Assembly (NCBI GenBank): GCA_963755285.1
Contig: CAVWJB010000005.1
Location: 2,987-66,986, forward strand
Source of the DNA: an uncultured Chloroflexia bacterium
GTDB lineage: Bacteria > Chloroflexota > Limnocylindria > Limnocylindrales > CSP1-4
Direction of reading: 5' to 3'
Length of the DNA stretch: 64,000 bases
The translations under genes were made by a program, and so were the position numbers. The notes below the pieces were generated by a model. That model saw nothing but the letters and a program-made list of their open reading frames with translations. It was not told where the DNA came from and ran no database searches. Shown here one piece after another: positions 1-10,124 of the stretch (positions are counted from its first letter, which is position 1; each line of letters begins with the position of its first letter).

Positions 1-157
1 ACGAGACGCCGCCGGAGACGAAGCGCCAGGACGCGAGCCGGTCGGCGTCCCGCTCGGGCCGATCCGGGTCAAGGGCAAGCGGGCCCCGGTCGAGGCCTGG
101 ATGCTGACCTCCGTTCCGTAGGCCCGCGCGCGGTCAGCCGATCGTGGCGACCCGCGC

Positions 158-1549
158 TCAGCCCGGCGGGATGTTCAGGTTGAACCGGAAGACGTTGTCG
201 GGGTCGTAGCGTCCCTTGACCGCGGCGAGCCGCTGGAAGCGCTCGGGGCCAAAGGCCGCCCTGACGCGTTCGGGCGTCTCGTCGACCGGGGCGTAATTGG
301 CGTAGCCGGCGCCGGACAGGGACCCGGGCTTGAGCGCGTCGGCGAGATCGCGGACCCATCCGATCTGGTTCTCGTCCGCCGTGGGGTCGTCCCAGATCGC
401 GATCCCGCTCACGTTCCAGCGGGCAGCCCGCTGACCGAACGCGGCGCCGTCGACCGGCTCACGTCGCGCGGCCCCCGTGATGGCCTCGATGAGGACGAAC
501 GAATCAGGCCCCGGTGGCCGGTCCATTGCCGCGACGATCGCTTCGATCATCGTGCTGTCGAGCGCCCGGACGAAGTGCCCCTTCCAGTAGTGACGCAGGC
601 CGAACGGAAGCTCTCCGCCGAGCGCCTGGACCTCGAGATAGGTCATCTGACGCAGGCCGTCCTCCACGATCGGCAGCGCCCGAAGTGGACGGATGACGCC
701 CTCCGCGGCCTCCGGGGTCCCCTGATAGGCGACCGTCACGCTGAACACCGCCGGCGACGGTCGGTCGTGATCGGACGTCTCGAGCTCCTCGAGCGCGGCC
801 ACCGTGGCCGGACCTCCGGCGAAGAGCGCGAGCTCTGCCGGTCCGTCCTCGGCGAGCTCGGCCATCGTCGCCAGCGCCGCGCCGGCGGCTGCGATCGGGA
901 TGGCGAGGTGGCCCGAGTAGAGCGGCCCGACCGGCTGCAGCGCGAACTCGAAGCGGGTCACGACCCCGAAGTTGCCGCCCCCGCCACGCAGGGCCCACAG
1001 CAACTCGGGGTCCCCGCCCTCGCCGGCGATGACGACCGAGCCGTCGGCCGTCACGACCTCGGCCCGGACGAGCGAGTCGCAGGTGAGGCCGCCAGTGCCC
1101 ATGAGGAACCCGAGCCCGCCTCCGAGGGCCAGCCCGCCGACGCCCGTGTCGCCGAACGTGCCGCCCGGCATGGCCAGGCCATGGGCGGTCGTCGCCACGT
1201 CGACGTCGAGCCAGAGTGCGCCGCCGCCGACGACCGCCCGCCTGCGGACCGGATCGACGCTCACCTCGCGCATGTGGCGGAGATCGATGACGAGGGCCTC
1301 GTTGGCCGTTGCGTGGCCGGCGACGCTGTGGCCGCCGCCGCGAACCGCGATCGGCAATCCGGCGTCGCCCGCCCAGCGCACCGCTGCCACGACGTCCGCC
1401 GTCGAGCGCGGCCGGGCGATCGCTGCCGGGCGCCGGTCGATCGTCGCGTTGAACGTCGAGCGCGCCTCGTCGTAGCCGTCGTCGTCGGGCAGGACGACGT
1501 CGCCCGTGATCGAGCTTCGCAGGGCGTCCAGCCGGACGTCGATGGTCAT
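158..1549 (-). CDS. FAD-binding oxidoreductase (berberine-bridge-enzyme-like)
   Basis: RGGGHS FAD motif, LRGGGGNFGVVT, C-terminal YANY...KGRYDPDNVF; GGAGG SD before ATG at 1549. Confidence 0.9.
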   Translation of the reverse strand: MTIDVRLDALRSSITGDVVLPDDDGYDEARSTFNATIDRRPAAIARPRSTADVVAAVRWAGDAGLPIAVRGGGHSVAGHATANEALVIDLRHMREVSVDPVRRRAVVGGGALWLDVDVATTAHGLAMPGGTFGDTGVGGLALGGGLGFLMGTGGLTCDSLVRAEVVTADGSVVIAGEGGDPELLWALRGGGGNFGVVTRFEFALQPVGPLYSGHLAIPIAAAGAALATMAELAEDGPAELALFAGGPATVAALEELETSDHDRPSPAVFSVTVAYQGTPEAAEGVIRPLRALPIVEDGLRQMTYLEVQALGGELPFGLRHYWKGHFVRALDSTMIEAIVAAMDRPPGPDSFVLIEAITGAARREPVDGAAFGQRAARWNVSGIAIWDDPTADENQIGWVRDLADALKPGSLSGAGYANYAPVDETPERVRAAFGPERFQRLAAVKGRYDPDNVFRFNLNIPPG

Positions 1550-1625
1550 CGAGCACTCCTCCCGTGCCGTCCCTCGCGGCTCTTGGTCGAGCATGACCAG
1601 CCGCACGACGAAGTCAATCGAATAC

Positions 1626-2828
1626 TCACGCGGCTGCGACGAGCTCGTCTCGTTCCGACGGCAGGCGTCCGACGAGGACGAGCGTCCCGGCACTCGCCAG
1701 GCTGAGCACGACCGTACCCAGCATCGCGACCGTCAGGCCGACCGTCACCGACAGGAAGCCCATGATCGGCGGGTAGACGATCGAGCCAACGACCGCGGCA
1801 CTCGCGAGGAGGCCACTGACGGCGGCCGTCCGATCGGGGTAGCGATCGCCGGCGACAGCCATGATCATCGGGTACACCGGGCCGGTCGCGACACCGGCCA
1901 GGCCGAACAGCGCGATGGACACGGGCAGCGACGGCGCCAGGATCGCCAGGCCGAGGGCGGCCCCGGTGGCGGCGCTCGTCGTCGCCGCGAACCGGACGTG
2001 GTCGAACCGGTCGGCGATCCGCGCCGAGATGAGGCGACCGAGCGTCAAACCGGCCCAGAAGAGGGCGAGGGCGGTCGTGGCCGTGCTCAGCGGTGCCGGC
2101 TCCAGGAATCGGACGAGCCAGCTCGAGACCCCGACCTCGGCGGCCACGTAGCAGGCGATGGCCACGGCCAGCAGGAGGAGCGGTGCCGCCAGCCGTCCAG
2201 GCGCCCAGCGAAGACGGCCACCCTCGGCCGGGCGGCCACCGATCGCGGCGGTGTGTCGGCCATCGGGCATCTTGACCACCGCGAACAGGAAGGCCACCAC
2301 GAGCGCCGCCAGCCCGGTCGCGAGCAGGATTCGCTGCCACTCGACGCCGCTCTCCACGAGCCGCCCTACTGCGAGGGGGGCGGACAGGGCGCCGAGGCTG
2401 AAGAAGACGTGGAGCAGGTTGAGGGACCGCCCGCGGCCGGCTGGGAAGAGGTTCAGGAAGAGCCCGTTCATGCCGCCGTCGATCACGCCGGCACCCAGGC
2501 CGGCCGGCAGGGCGGCGAGGACGAACACGACCCACGACGGCGAGACTCCGAGGGCGATGAAGCCGGCGCCGTGGAGCGCCACGCCGAGCGACAGCACGGT
2601 CCTCCGCCCGAGCCGCTCGGTCACGAGGCCGCCCCCCAGCGATCCGGTCGCGTAGACCAGGGCGTAGACGAAGTAGAAGAGTCCGATCCCGGCGTCGGAC
2701 TGGTCGAAGGCTCCCTCGACCGAGCGGATCAGCGAGGGAACGAGCAGGCCGCTCCAGCCGAGCAGCACGAATGCCACGCAGCCGAGGACGCCGGCTGCAG
2801 GCGGCCACGACCGTGACGAGCGGGTCAT
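1626..2828 (-). CDS. MFS transporter
   Basis: About 12 hydrophobic segments; GLVTERLGRR and ARIADRFD MFS loop motifs. Confidence 0.9.
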   Translation of the reverse strand: MTRSSRSWPPAAGVLGCVAFVLLGWSGLLVPSLIRSVEGAFDQSDAGIGLFYFVYALVYATGSLGGGLVTERLGRRTVLSLGVALHGAGFIALGVSPSWVVFVLAALPAGLGAGVIDGGMNGLFLNLFPAGRGRSLNLLHVFFSLGALSAPLAVGRLVESGVEWQRILLATGLAALVVAFLFAVVKMPDGRHTAAIGGRPAEGGRLRWAPGRLAAPLLLLAVAIACYVAAEVGVSSWLVRFLEPAPLSTATTALALFWAGLTLGRLISARIADRFDHVRFAATTSAATGAALGLAILAPSLPVSIALFGLAGVATGPVYPMIMAVAGDRYPDRTAAVSGLLASAAVVGSIVYPPIMGFLSVTVGLTVAMLGTVVLSLASAGTLVLVGRLPSERDELVAAA

Positions 2829-2874
2829 CCCGCGGATGCTATCGGGTCCGAGGGCGTCTTCGCGGCCGCCGAGA

Positions 2875-4848
2875 TCAGTCCCAGGTCACCGAAGCGATAT
2901 CGACCGGAGCGCTCACTCCCTTGACGGTGGCGCTGCGCCGTTCCCCGGCCTCGACGTCTCCGGCCTCGGCGAGGGTCGCCTCGGTGGCCAGGATCTCCCC
3001 TCCCCCGGCCAGCGCGGCCACCCGCGCAGCCAGGTGGACGCCGACGCCGCTGTAGTCGGCGCCACGCCGGTTCGCCTCGGCGGTATGCAGACCGATCCGG
3101 ACCGACAGGGCAAAGCCGCTCGTCCGGCGATGATCCACGAGGGCGCGCTGGATGGCCTGCGCACACTCGATCCCGCGGCCGGCCGACTCGAAGGCGACGA
3201 AGAACCCATCGCCGGTGGAGTTCACGACCTCCCCGCCGCTCCGTCCCACGAGCGTCCGGAGCATGTCGTCGTGCCAGCGCAGAAGGTTCTCCCACGCCTC
3301 GTCGCCGAGCGCCTCGGCCAGGTTCGTCGACCCGACGATGTCGGTGAACATGAACGTCTTGTGGATGTGGGCCGGGGCCGCGCGCCGATCGGCTGCTCCC
3401 TTGAGCTGTCGTGCGACCGCTGCAGCGTCAGGCGCGGCGCCGAGCCGCTCGAACTCGGCCAGCGCCGCCTTGAGCTCGAGATCGGCGTCGTCGTCGTCGT
3501 CGACCGCCTGGAGGGCCCTGGCCAGGAGGACCTGCGTCCGGGCAACCTCGTACGGGCTGACGACCTCGCGCCAGAAGCGGATCGCACTCCGCAGCTCGCG
3601 GGCAGCGCCGGTGGGATCGCCCTCGGCGATGAGGACTCGACCGAGCGCCGTGTGCTTGCCCGCCTCGAGCGCGGGCAGCGGATACGACTCCACGATCCCG
3701 CTCAGCTCGTCCGCGGCGGCTCGCGCTCGGACGGGATCGTCGGCGGCGATCGTGATCTCGACCTGCGCGGGCAGCAGGCGTGCCCGGGCCCACTGGTCCC
3801 AGGTCACGTCGTCGACCGCGGAATTGATCCCGGCGGCGGCCGCCTTGACCTTCCCCTCGGCCAACCGGATGAGGGCCAGGGCCGGCTGTGGCGTTCGGCC
3901 GCGCGCATGGGCCTCGCGGAGGGCCGCCTCGGCGCCCTCGTAGTCTCCCTTGAGCCGGCGGATCTCGCCGATCGCATAGAACCCGTCGGCCTGCGGGGGC
4001 GTGGCATCGTAAGCCTCGAGCTCGGCGGTCGCCTTCGTGAGCTCCAGCTCGGCCTGGTCCCAGGCGCCGCCCATGGCCACGACCTCGGCACGGTGGACAC
4101 GACAGACGCCGGGGAAGCCGGAAACGGACTCGCGCTGGCACCACTGCTCGGCGGCCTTCGTCCACTCGGACGCCCGGCGGTAGTCGGTCAGGTCGCGACA
4201 GGCGGCGATGAGCGAGCAGGTGGTTACGCCGGTCGTGATCGGGGACAGCTCGCCGTTGACGGCCGCGAAGGACGCCTCCTCCATGAGCGAGAACCCGTCC
4301 GACGTCTCACCCGTGGCGATCTTGAGCGCGCCGAGCCCCGAGAGGGCCGATGCCTTGAGGTCCGGGTTGGCGGCCGATTGGCCGATCTGGACCGCCCGCT
4401 CGGCCAGCTCCAGGGCCCGGTCGATGTCTCCCGTGGTCCGGGCCAGCTCGCTCTGGGCCAGCGCGAGATAGCCGTGGACATAGCCCTCGTCCTTGCCGTC
4501 GAGGAGCCGTTCCGCGCGCTTGAGCCAGCCCGTCGCGATCGAGATCCGGCCAGCCCGGCCGTGGGTCTCGGCGAGCGCGAGCGCAAGGTACGCCGCGCGA
4601 GCCTCGTTGCCGGCCGCGAAGTGGACTTTGAACGCCCGCTCGAGGATGCCCGCCCGCTGGTCGGCGTGGGCCGAGAAGAAGGCGACCTCGGCCAGGTCCT
4701 CGAGGTCTTCGCCGGACAGCTCGCCCTCGCGGTCGGCCTGCGACAGGAGCTCCCAGGCCTCCTGCCAGGCATGCCGGCCGAGCGCCTCGCGACCGGCGGT
4801 CAGCGGGTCGGATTTCGGGGTGTCGACGGGAGCGGTCGTCTCGCTCAT
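2875..4848 (-). CDS. TPR-like domain fused to class III adenylate/guanylate cyclase
   Basis: Helical repeat N-terminus; C-terminal FTDIVGST, GDGFF, RIGLH, VHLAARV. Confidence 0.88.
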   Translation of the reverse strand: MSETTAPVDTPKSDPLTAGREALGRHAWQEAWELLSQADREGELSGEDLEDLAEVAFFSAHADQRAGILERAFKVHFAAGNEARAAYLALALAETHGRAGRISIATGWLKRAERLLDGKDEGYVHGYLALAQSELARTTGDIDRALELAERAVQIGQSAANPDLKASALSGLGALKIATGETSDGFSLMEEASFAAVNGELSPITTGVTTCSLIAACRDLTDYRRASEWTKAAEQWCQRESVSGFPGVCRVHRAEVVAMGGAWDQAELELTKATAELEAYDATPPQADGFYAIGEIRRLKGDYEGAEAALREAHARGRTPQPALALIRLAEGKVKAAAAGINSAVDDVTWDQWARARLLPAQVEITIAADDPVRARAAADELSGIVESYPLPALEAGKHTALGRVLIAEGDPTGAARELRSAIRFWREVVSPYEVARTQVLLARALQAVDDDDDADLELKAALAEFERLGAAPDAAAVARQLKGAADRRAAPAHIHKTFMFTDIVGSTNLAEALGDEAWENLLRWHDDMLRTLVGRSGGEVVNSTGDGFFVAFESAGRGIECAQAIQRALVDHRRTSGFALSVRIGLHTAEANRRGADYSGVGVHLAARVAALAGGGEILATEATLAEAGDVEAGERRSATVKGVSAPVDIASVTWD

Positions 4849-4898
4849 GGCGAGGATTGTGCCACTCGCTCTCGCGGAGCGGCCGCCGAGCGTGACGG

Positions 4899-5942
4899 CT
4901 ACCTGACCGGGGCGACGATCACGTAGCGGCCGTACCAGGCCGAGTCAGCGGCGAAGATGCCGGGTGTGTACGGATCGTCCTTCGGGCTGTCCTTCTGGCG
5001 GTACTTCCGGAATCGGTACTTGAGCGAGCCGCTGGCGAGCTTCGTGGCCGTGATCCGCACGTTCCGCAGCCTGTCGCGCTTCAGCGGGTCGGTCAGGTAG
5101 AGCGCCTGGACGGTGAAGCTCGCCGAGGTCGCCGGATCCTGGCCAAAGGCCGCGTAGCCGTGCAGGACCTGGGCGTGGCCGCCGGCCCAGCCGAGCATCC
5201 CGACCGGCCGGTGATAGCGGGCCATCGCGGTCACCGCCGCTCGGACCGCCTCGTTGTAGGTCGGGTAGGCGAAGACCTGGTAGGTCATCGCCGCAGGATC
5301 CTTGTAGGTGCCCCAGCCATACCAGTTCAACGCGTTTCGCCAGCCGTTGGGATCCGTTCCGCCTGGTCCCGGCTCGAGGGTGTCGCGGACTCTCGCCCAA
5401 CGGATGATCGCCCGCTGGCGGGTCAGGCTCGTCGAGGGCGTCCAGCGGAACCCCTCGCCTCGGTGGCCCTTCGCCGTCACCTCGTTGAGCATGATCATCG
5501 TGGCCGTGGCGACGCAGGCGGTCATGTCGGGGTTCTGGTACCGGACGAGGCTCGAGTAGAGGTTCAGGGCGTACGCCTGGTCGGGCGGCGGCGGCGTCTG
5601 GATCGTGACCGTGTGGTTCTGGTGATCGTCGCCACCGTCGTTCGCGACGGTCAACCGGGCGATGTAGCGGCCGGGAGCGTCGTAGGTGTGAACCGGATTC
5701 TCGACGTCCGACGTCGCCCCATCGCCGAACTCCCACGTCCACGAGGTCGGATCGCCGGTCGACGTGTCGCTGAAGGTGACGGTGGCACCATCGACCTCGA
5801 ACGTGTAGCTGGCGACCGGGGCGGGGATCGGATCGGCAGCGGCGACCGGGACCACCAGGGCGAGGCTCAGGATCGCTGCGAGCAATCCGGCCGACACGAT
5901 CGAGCGCTGGCGGGTCGCGCGCGTGGGGGGCTCCATGGGCAT
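4899..5942 (-). CDS. Secreted PKD-domain protein with papain/C39-like peptidase domain
   Basis: Signal peptide; PKD WEFGDG...HTYDAPGRY; Q..C, H and D pattern (YQNPDMTAC, GHAQVLHGY, LTDP); start uncertain. Confidence 0.7.
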   Translation of the reverse strand: MPMEPPTRATRQRSIVSAGLLAAILSLALVVPVAAADPIPAPVASYTFEVDGATVTFSDTSTGDPTSWTWEFGDGATSDVENPVHTYDAPGRYIARLTVANDGGDDHQNHTVTIQTPPPPDQAYALNLYSSLVRYQNPDMTACVATATMIMLNEVTAKGHRGEGFRWTPSTSLTRQRAIIRWARVRDTLEPGPGGTDPNGWRNALNWYGWGTYKDPAAMTYQVFAYPTYNEAVRAAVTAMARYHRPVGMLGWAGGHAQVLHGYAAFGQDPATSASFTVQALYLTDPLKRDRLRNVRITATKLASGSLKYRFRKYRQKDSPKDDPYTPGIFAADSAWYGRYVIVAPVR

Positions 5943-6053
5943 CCCTACCTTAGCCCAGGTCGTTTGGACCGCGCTCCCTGACCATCGGCGATCTCGTCCC
6001 GGACTCATCCCCTACGAAACGAGGGCCTCGATCGCGGCGGATTCTGGACGCGA

Positions 6054-7142
6054 TCACGGGGCCGTCCTGACGTCCCGGTCGGCCGCATCCGGAGCCAGGA
6101 AGTCGATCAGACGCTCACCCTCGGAGCTCAGAGCGTCCAGGTCGGCCGTCGTCAGCTTCCGGATCGGCTTGATCAGCAGGCTTGCCCGACCCTTGTCCCG
6201 CTCCAGCTTCCAGGTGCCCGAGACCCGGCCGTCGACGATGAACGTGCTGATCGACTCGTTCCGCCGGACCTCGATCCGGGCCACCTCGATGGGCACGATC
6301 ACGCGGGACCGGTCGGCATAGGACAGGAGCAGGTTCTCGAAGTCGTAGAGGAACCGGGGTGGCGCCGGTGTGTCCGGGTCCGGCCGCGGGGCATCGGGCA
6401 GGTCGAAGACCTCCCTGTCCGACTCGTCGCGGAAGACGACGAGCTGCGGTCTGAGCCGGTCGAACACCTCGCGCAGCCTCGTGAGCCCGCACCAGGCCTG
6501 GGCGTCCATGACGGTGGCCGGCCCAAATGCTCCGAGGTAACGCCCGACCATGCCGTCGGTGGTCAGCGAGGGCGACGGTGGCGACCCGAGCCAGGCCTCG
6601 ATCGAGGTATGGGCGATCGGACCGCTCCGGCCCCAGAGACCCCGCGGCGGCACCTGGATGAGCGGCACCGCCGTTCTGATTGCCTGTTCCATGGCAGACC
6701 GGTCGCGATCGGGCCAGCGCTCGAGGAGGTGGTCGCCGAGCGCCTTGAACGTCCGCGGCTCCTGGTCGACGAACGCCCGACCACGCGCGACGAGCGCAAC
6801 CATGTCCACCCCATCGAGACGACGGCCGAACTGGCTGCCCTGGACCCGGTCGAGGACAGGCTGGACGAGCGGTCGTAGCTGCCAGGCGTCGCGCGCCGAG
6901 ACGAGGTGGATCGTGCCCCGCATGAGCGCGAGTCGGACGACCGAGCGATCCACGAGCCGGTCGGCGAGCTGTTCGGGCCGGAACCCGACCAACCGGGTCC
7001 ACAGCCCGACGTAGGCCGTGTGCGGGGTCTGCGCCTGGAGACCGACGAGCCGTTCGATCGCCTCCGGCACGGTCGCCGCGGACCGTTCGAGCAGCATCTG
7101 GCGTGCGAGGGTGGCGCGATTGAGCGCCCGACGGCTGAGCAC
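6054..7142 (-). CDS. AlkZ/HTH_42 family DNA glycosylase (crosslink repair)
   Basis: RALNRATLARQMLL, GLQAQ (QxQ) motif, MRGTIHLV, YLGAFGPAT; start uncertain. Confidence 0.85.
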   Translation of the reverse strand: MLSRRALNRATLARQMLLERSAATVPEAIERLVGLQAQTPHTAYVGLWTRLVGFRPEQLADRLVDRSVVRLALMRGTIHLVSARDAWQLRPLVQPVLDRVQGSQFGRRLDGVDMVALVARGRAFVDQEPRTFKALGDHLLERWPDRDRSAMEQAIRTAVPLIQVPPRGLWGRSGPIAHTSIEAWLGSPPSPSLTTDGMVGRYLGAFGPATVMDAQAWCGLTRLREVFDRLRPQLVVFRDESDREVFDLPDAPRPDPDTPAPPRFLYDFENLLLSYADRSRVIVPIEVARIEVRRNESISTFIVDGRVSGTWKLERDKGRASLLIKPIRKLTTADLDALSSEGERLIDFLAPDAADRDVRTAP

Positions 7143-7297
7143 GGTCCACGGAGCATGACAGGGCACCCCGATCGGGAGAAGCCGCGCCGCGCGAGTCTGG
7201 ATCCGTGTCGCTCCGGCTGAGTCGCCGTGTGTTCGTACGATGAACCCCGTAGAATGCGCAGGCAGCTTCACGCCAGGCGTCTCGACCCGAGTGTGAT

Positions 7298-8272
7298 GTG
7301 ATCGGCCGACGAATCCTCGTCACGACGATAACCCTGATCCCGCTGCTCGTGGCGTCCCTCTGGACGACCGCCGGGCCCGTTCTCGCCGCGCCATGCGACG
7401 GCAGCTCCAGTGCCCTCCAGAACGGCGGGTTCGAGACCCCCGGGGTCCCGGCCGGCACATTCCAGCTCCTGCCGGCAGCCTCGGTTCCACCCTGGCTCAC
7501 GACCGACTCCATGAACCAGATCGAGATCTGGGGGACCGGCTTCCTCGGCGTTCCGGCCCCCGAGGGTGCCAACTTCACCGAGCTCAACGCGAACACGGCC
7601 GCGACGATCTACCAGGATGTCGTCACGAACCCGGGCGACACGATCACCTGGACGCTCCTCCACCGCGCCAGGTCGGGGACGGACACCATGCAGGTGCTCA
7701 GCGGCGACGCGGCGGTCGCGAACCCCATCAACAACGCGGGCTGGACCTACTTCTCCAGCATCATCTCGGACACGACAGCCGCCTGGGGCAGCCACACGGA
7801 CGCGTTCGTGGTGCCCGTCGGTCAGGTCTGCACCCGGCTGGGCTTCCGCGCGATCAGCACGGGCACGGGCAGCCCCTCCATCGGGAACTTCCTTGATGCG
7901 ATCACCATCTCGGTGACGCCCGGTCCGACGCCAACGCCGACGCCAACGGCGACACCGACTCCGACCCCTACGCCGACTCCGACTGCCACGGCGACCGCCA
8001 CGCCAACCGCGACTCCGACCGCCGCGCCAACGACGACCGCGACGCCGACGGCAAGTCCGACGGCTACGGCCACGCCGACCCCAGCCGCGACTCCAACCCC
8101 GATCGGGAGCGTCGACCCCGGTGAGGGCGTGACCCCTCCCAACACGACGACGATCCCGCCGATCGTCCCACCGCCGGACGCGCCGCCGACGGTCGCCTTC
8201 GCAGCCGTGGCCCTGCTCGGTCTGGCCGCCGGCGCCTGGCTCGTCGCCCGGGTGGCGCGCCAACGGCGCTGA
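7298..8272 (+). CDS. Secreted surface protein with beta-sandwich domain, Pro/Thr linker and C-terminal anchor
   Basis: Signal peptide, LQNGGFETP, PT/AT repeats, TM segment plus RVARQRR tail. Confidence 0.75.
   Translation: MIGRRILVTTITLIPLLVASLWTTAGPVLAAPCDGSSSALQNGGFETPGVPAGTFQLLPAASVPPWLTTDSMNQIEIWGTGFLGVPAPEGANFTELNANTAATIYQDVVTNPGDTITWTLLHRARSGTDTMQVLSGDAAVANPINNAGWTYFSSIISDTTAAWGSHTDAFVVPVGQVCTRLGFRAISTGTGSPSIGNFLDAITISVTPGPTPTPTPTATPTPTPTPTPTATATATPTATPTAAPTTTATPTASPTATATPTPAATPTPIGSVDPGEGVTPPNTTTIPPIVPPPDAPPTVAFAAVALLGLAAGAWLVARVARQRR
7915..8100 (+). repeat. Degenerate 6-bp coding repeat (Thr-Pro/Thr-Ala linker)
   Basis: ACGCCA/ACGCCG/ACTCCG units encoding TPTPTPTATPT... Confidence 0.85.
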
Positions 8273-8296
8273 GCCCGCTGGGACGCTAGGCCGCCC

Positions 8297-10012
8297 TCAC
8301 AGGCGCGGGAAGGCGCGGCCGGATGGGGTCCGTCGCTGGAGGATCGTTGCCGGTGCCGTTCCCCTCTGCGCTGCCAGCGGCACCGGGCACAGGCCGGCGT
8401 CGGGCGGCAGTGGAGGCAGTGAGCCGAGGTACTTGGGCAACGGTCGGCCACCGAGCTCCTGCTCGAGGTCGTACGCATACGCGAGCAGCTTCGGCTCAGA
8501 CAGGAACCGGCCGTACATCCAGATCCCACCGGGCCGTCCGTCGGCGGTCACTCCGGTCGGAACCGAGATGTTCGGATAGCCGGCCACCGCGGGCGCGGAC
8601 GACCCGTAGCTGTAGGTCGGAGCGACGATCGCGTCGAGGTGGTTCTCGCGCATGACCTTGTCGATGCCGTTCTTGCGGGTGAGGTCGATGCACAGCCGGC
8701 GAGCGTCGCGATAGACCGGGTCGCTCAGCCCGGTTGTCGCATCCGCCAGCTCGAACAGCTCCTGGCCGAAGTAGGTCATCTCCTCGGTGCAGTGCTCCCG
8801 GTTGAAGGCGATCAGGTCAGAGAGCGTCCGCATCGAGGTGTGGTGGAGCGGTCGCAGGTACTTCGCGACGTCGACCTTGAACTCGTAGAACAGGACGGTC
8901 AGCTCGGCGTCTCCGAACGCGAATGGATCGGGCGCATCGACCGGGTCGACGATCGTCGCGCCGAGCGAGGCCATCACGGCGAGTGCGCTCTCGGTCACGA
9001 CGTTGAGATCCGGATCGGCGAAGTACGCCACATCGAACAGTCGGCGGTCGACACCGATTCGCGCCCCATTGAGGGCGCCACGCCGGAGGAACCGGGTGTA
9101 GTCGTGGGGCAGGTGGTGCTCCTTGACCCGCCCGAACGGCGACTTCATCGCGTTGAGCATGATCGCCACGTCGGTCACGGTCCTGGCCATCGGGCCGGCG
9201 GTGTCCTGGCTGTGGGCGATCGGGATGATCCCCTGCTGCGAGACCAGCCCGAGGGTCGGCTTGAGCCCGACGATCCCGTTGTTCCCGGCCGGGCACACGA
9301 CCGAGCCGTCGGTCTCCGTGCCGACCGCGGCGGCGCACAGGTTGGCGGCCGGACCGACCCCGGAGCCCGAGCTCGACCCGCACGGGTCCCAGCTCAGGAC
9401 GTACGGGTCGCGGGTGAAGCCGCCGCGGGCGCTCCAGCCGTTGAGGAAGAGACCGGCCGGGAAGTCGGCCGGGACGAACCCGCGGAAGTTGGCCCACTCC
9501 GACAGGTTCGCCTTGCCCAGGATGACCGCTCCGGCCTGCCGCAGGCGAGCGGCGACCGTGGCGTCGCGCGGGACGCGGCTGCCGACCAGGGCGAGCGAGC
9601 CAGCCGTGGTCTCCATGTCGTCGTCGGTGGCGATGTTGTCCTTGAGCAGGATCGGGATCCCGTGGAGGGGGCCACGGATGTGCCCCTGACGTCGCTCATG
9701 GTCACGGCGCCGGGCGATCTCCAGCGCATCCGGGTTCGTCTCGATCACCGCGGCAAGCATCGGATTGAGCTCGTGGATTCGATGGAGGTACGCTCGCGTC
9801 AGCTCGTGACTGCTGAGCTTCCGCCTGGCCATCAGCTTGCGCAGGTCGCGGATGCTCGCCTCGAACCACGGTGCGTCCTCGGCGCTCGCCACGACCGGTC
9901 GGTTGGCCAGGACCGCCGAACCAGTCCCGCCGAGCATGACGGCGGCACCCCCGACCGCGGTCGCGGCAAGGAACCGGCGGCGACTGATCGGGTGATCGAG
10001 CACGCGGTCCAT
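8297..10012 (-). CDS. Tat-exported amidase-signature family amidase
   Basis: SRRRFL Tat motif; LLKDNI, GSSSGS, GTETDGSV. Confidence 0.92.
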   Translation of the reverse strand: MDRVLDHPISRRRFLAATAVGGAAVMLGGTGSAVLANRPVVASAEDAPWFEASIRDLRKLMARRKLSSHELTRAYLHRIHELNPMLAAVIETNPDALEIARRRDHERRQGHIRGPLHGIPILLKDNIATDDDMETTAGSLALVGSRVPRDATVAARLRQAGAVILGKANLSEWANFRGFVPADFPAGLFLNGWSARGGFTRDPYVLSWDPCGSSSGSGVGPAANLCAAAVGTETDGSVVCPAGNNGIVGLKPTLGLVSQQGIIPIAHSQDTAGPMARTVTDVAIMLNAMKSPFGRVKEHHLPHDYTRFLRRGALNGARIGVDRRLFDVAYFADPDLNVVTESALAVMASLGATIVDPVDAPDPFAFGDAELTVLFYEFKVDVAKYLRPLHHTSMRTLSDLIAFNREHCTEEMTYFGQELFELADATTGLSDPVYRDARRLCIDLTRKNGIDKVMRENHLDAIVAPTYSYGSSAPAVAGYPNISVPTGVTADGRPGGIWMYGRFLSEPKLLAYAYDLEQELGGRPLPKYLGSLPPLPPDAGLCPVPLAAQRGTAPATILQRRTPSGRAFPRL

Positions 10013-10124
10013 CGGGTCCTCCTCCCATCGGTCCGGTGCGGGCCCGGCGACCTGCGACGAGTCGCTCTACACGGGTCCGATTACGTCCCGTGCCGCCCAG
10101 TATCCACCCACCGCGCCAGCCCGG

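Noticed and set aside
1-157. Possible gene or terminator at the window start
   Set aside because: Too short, with no recognisable motif
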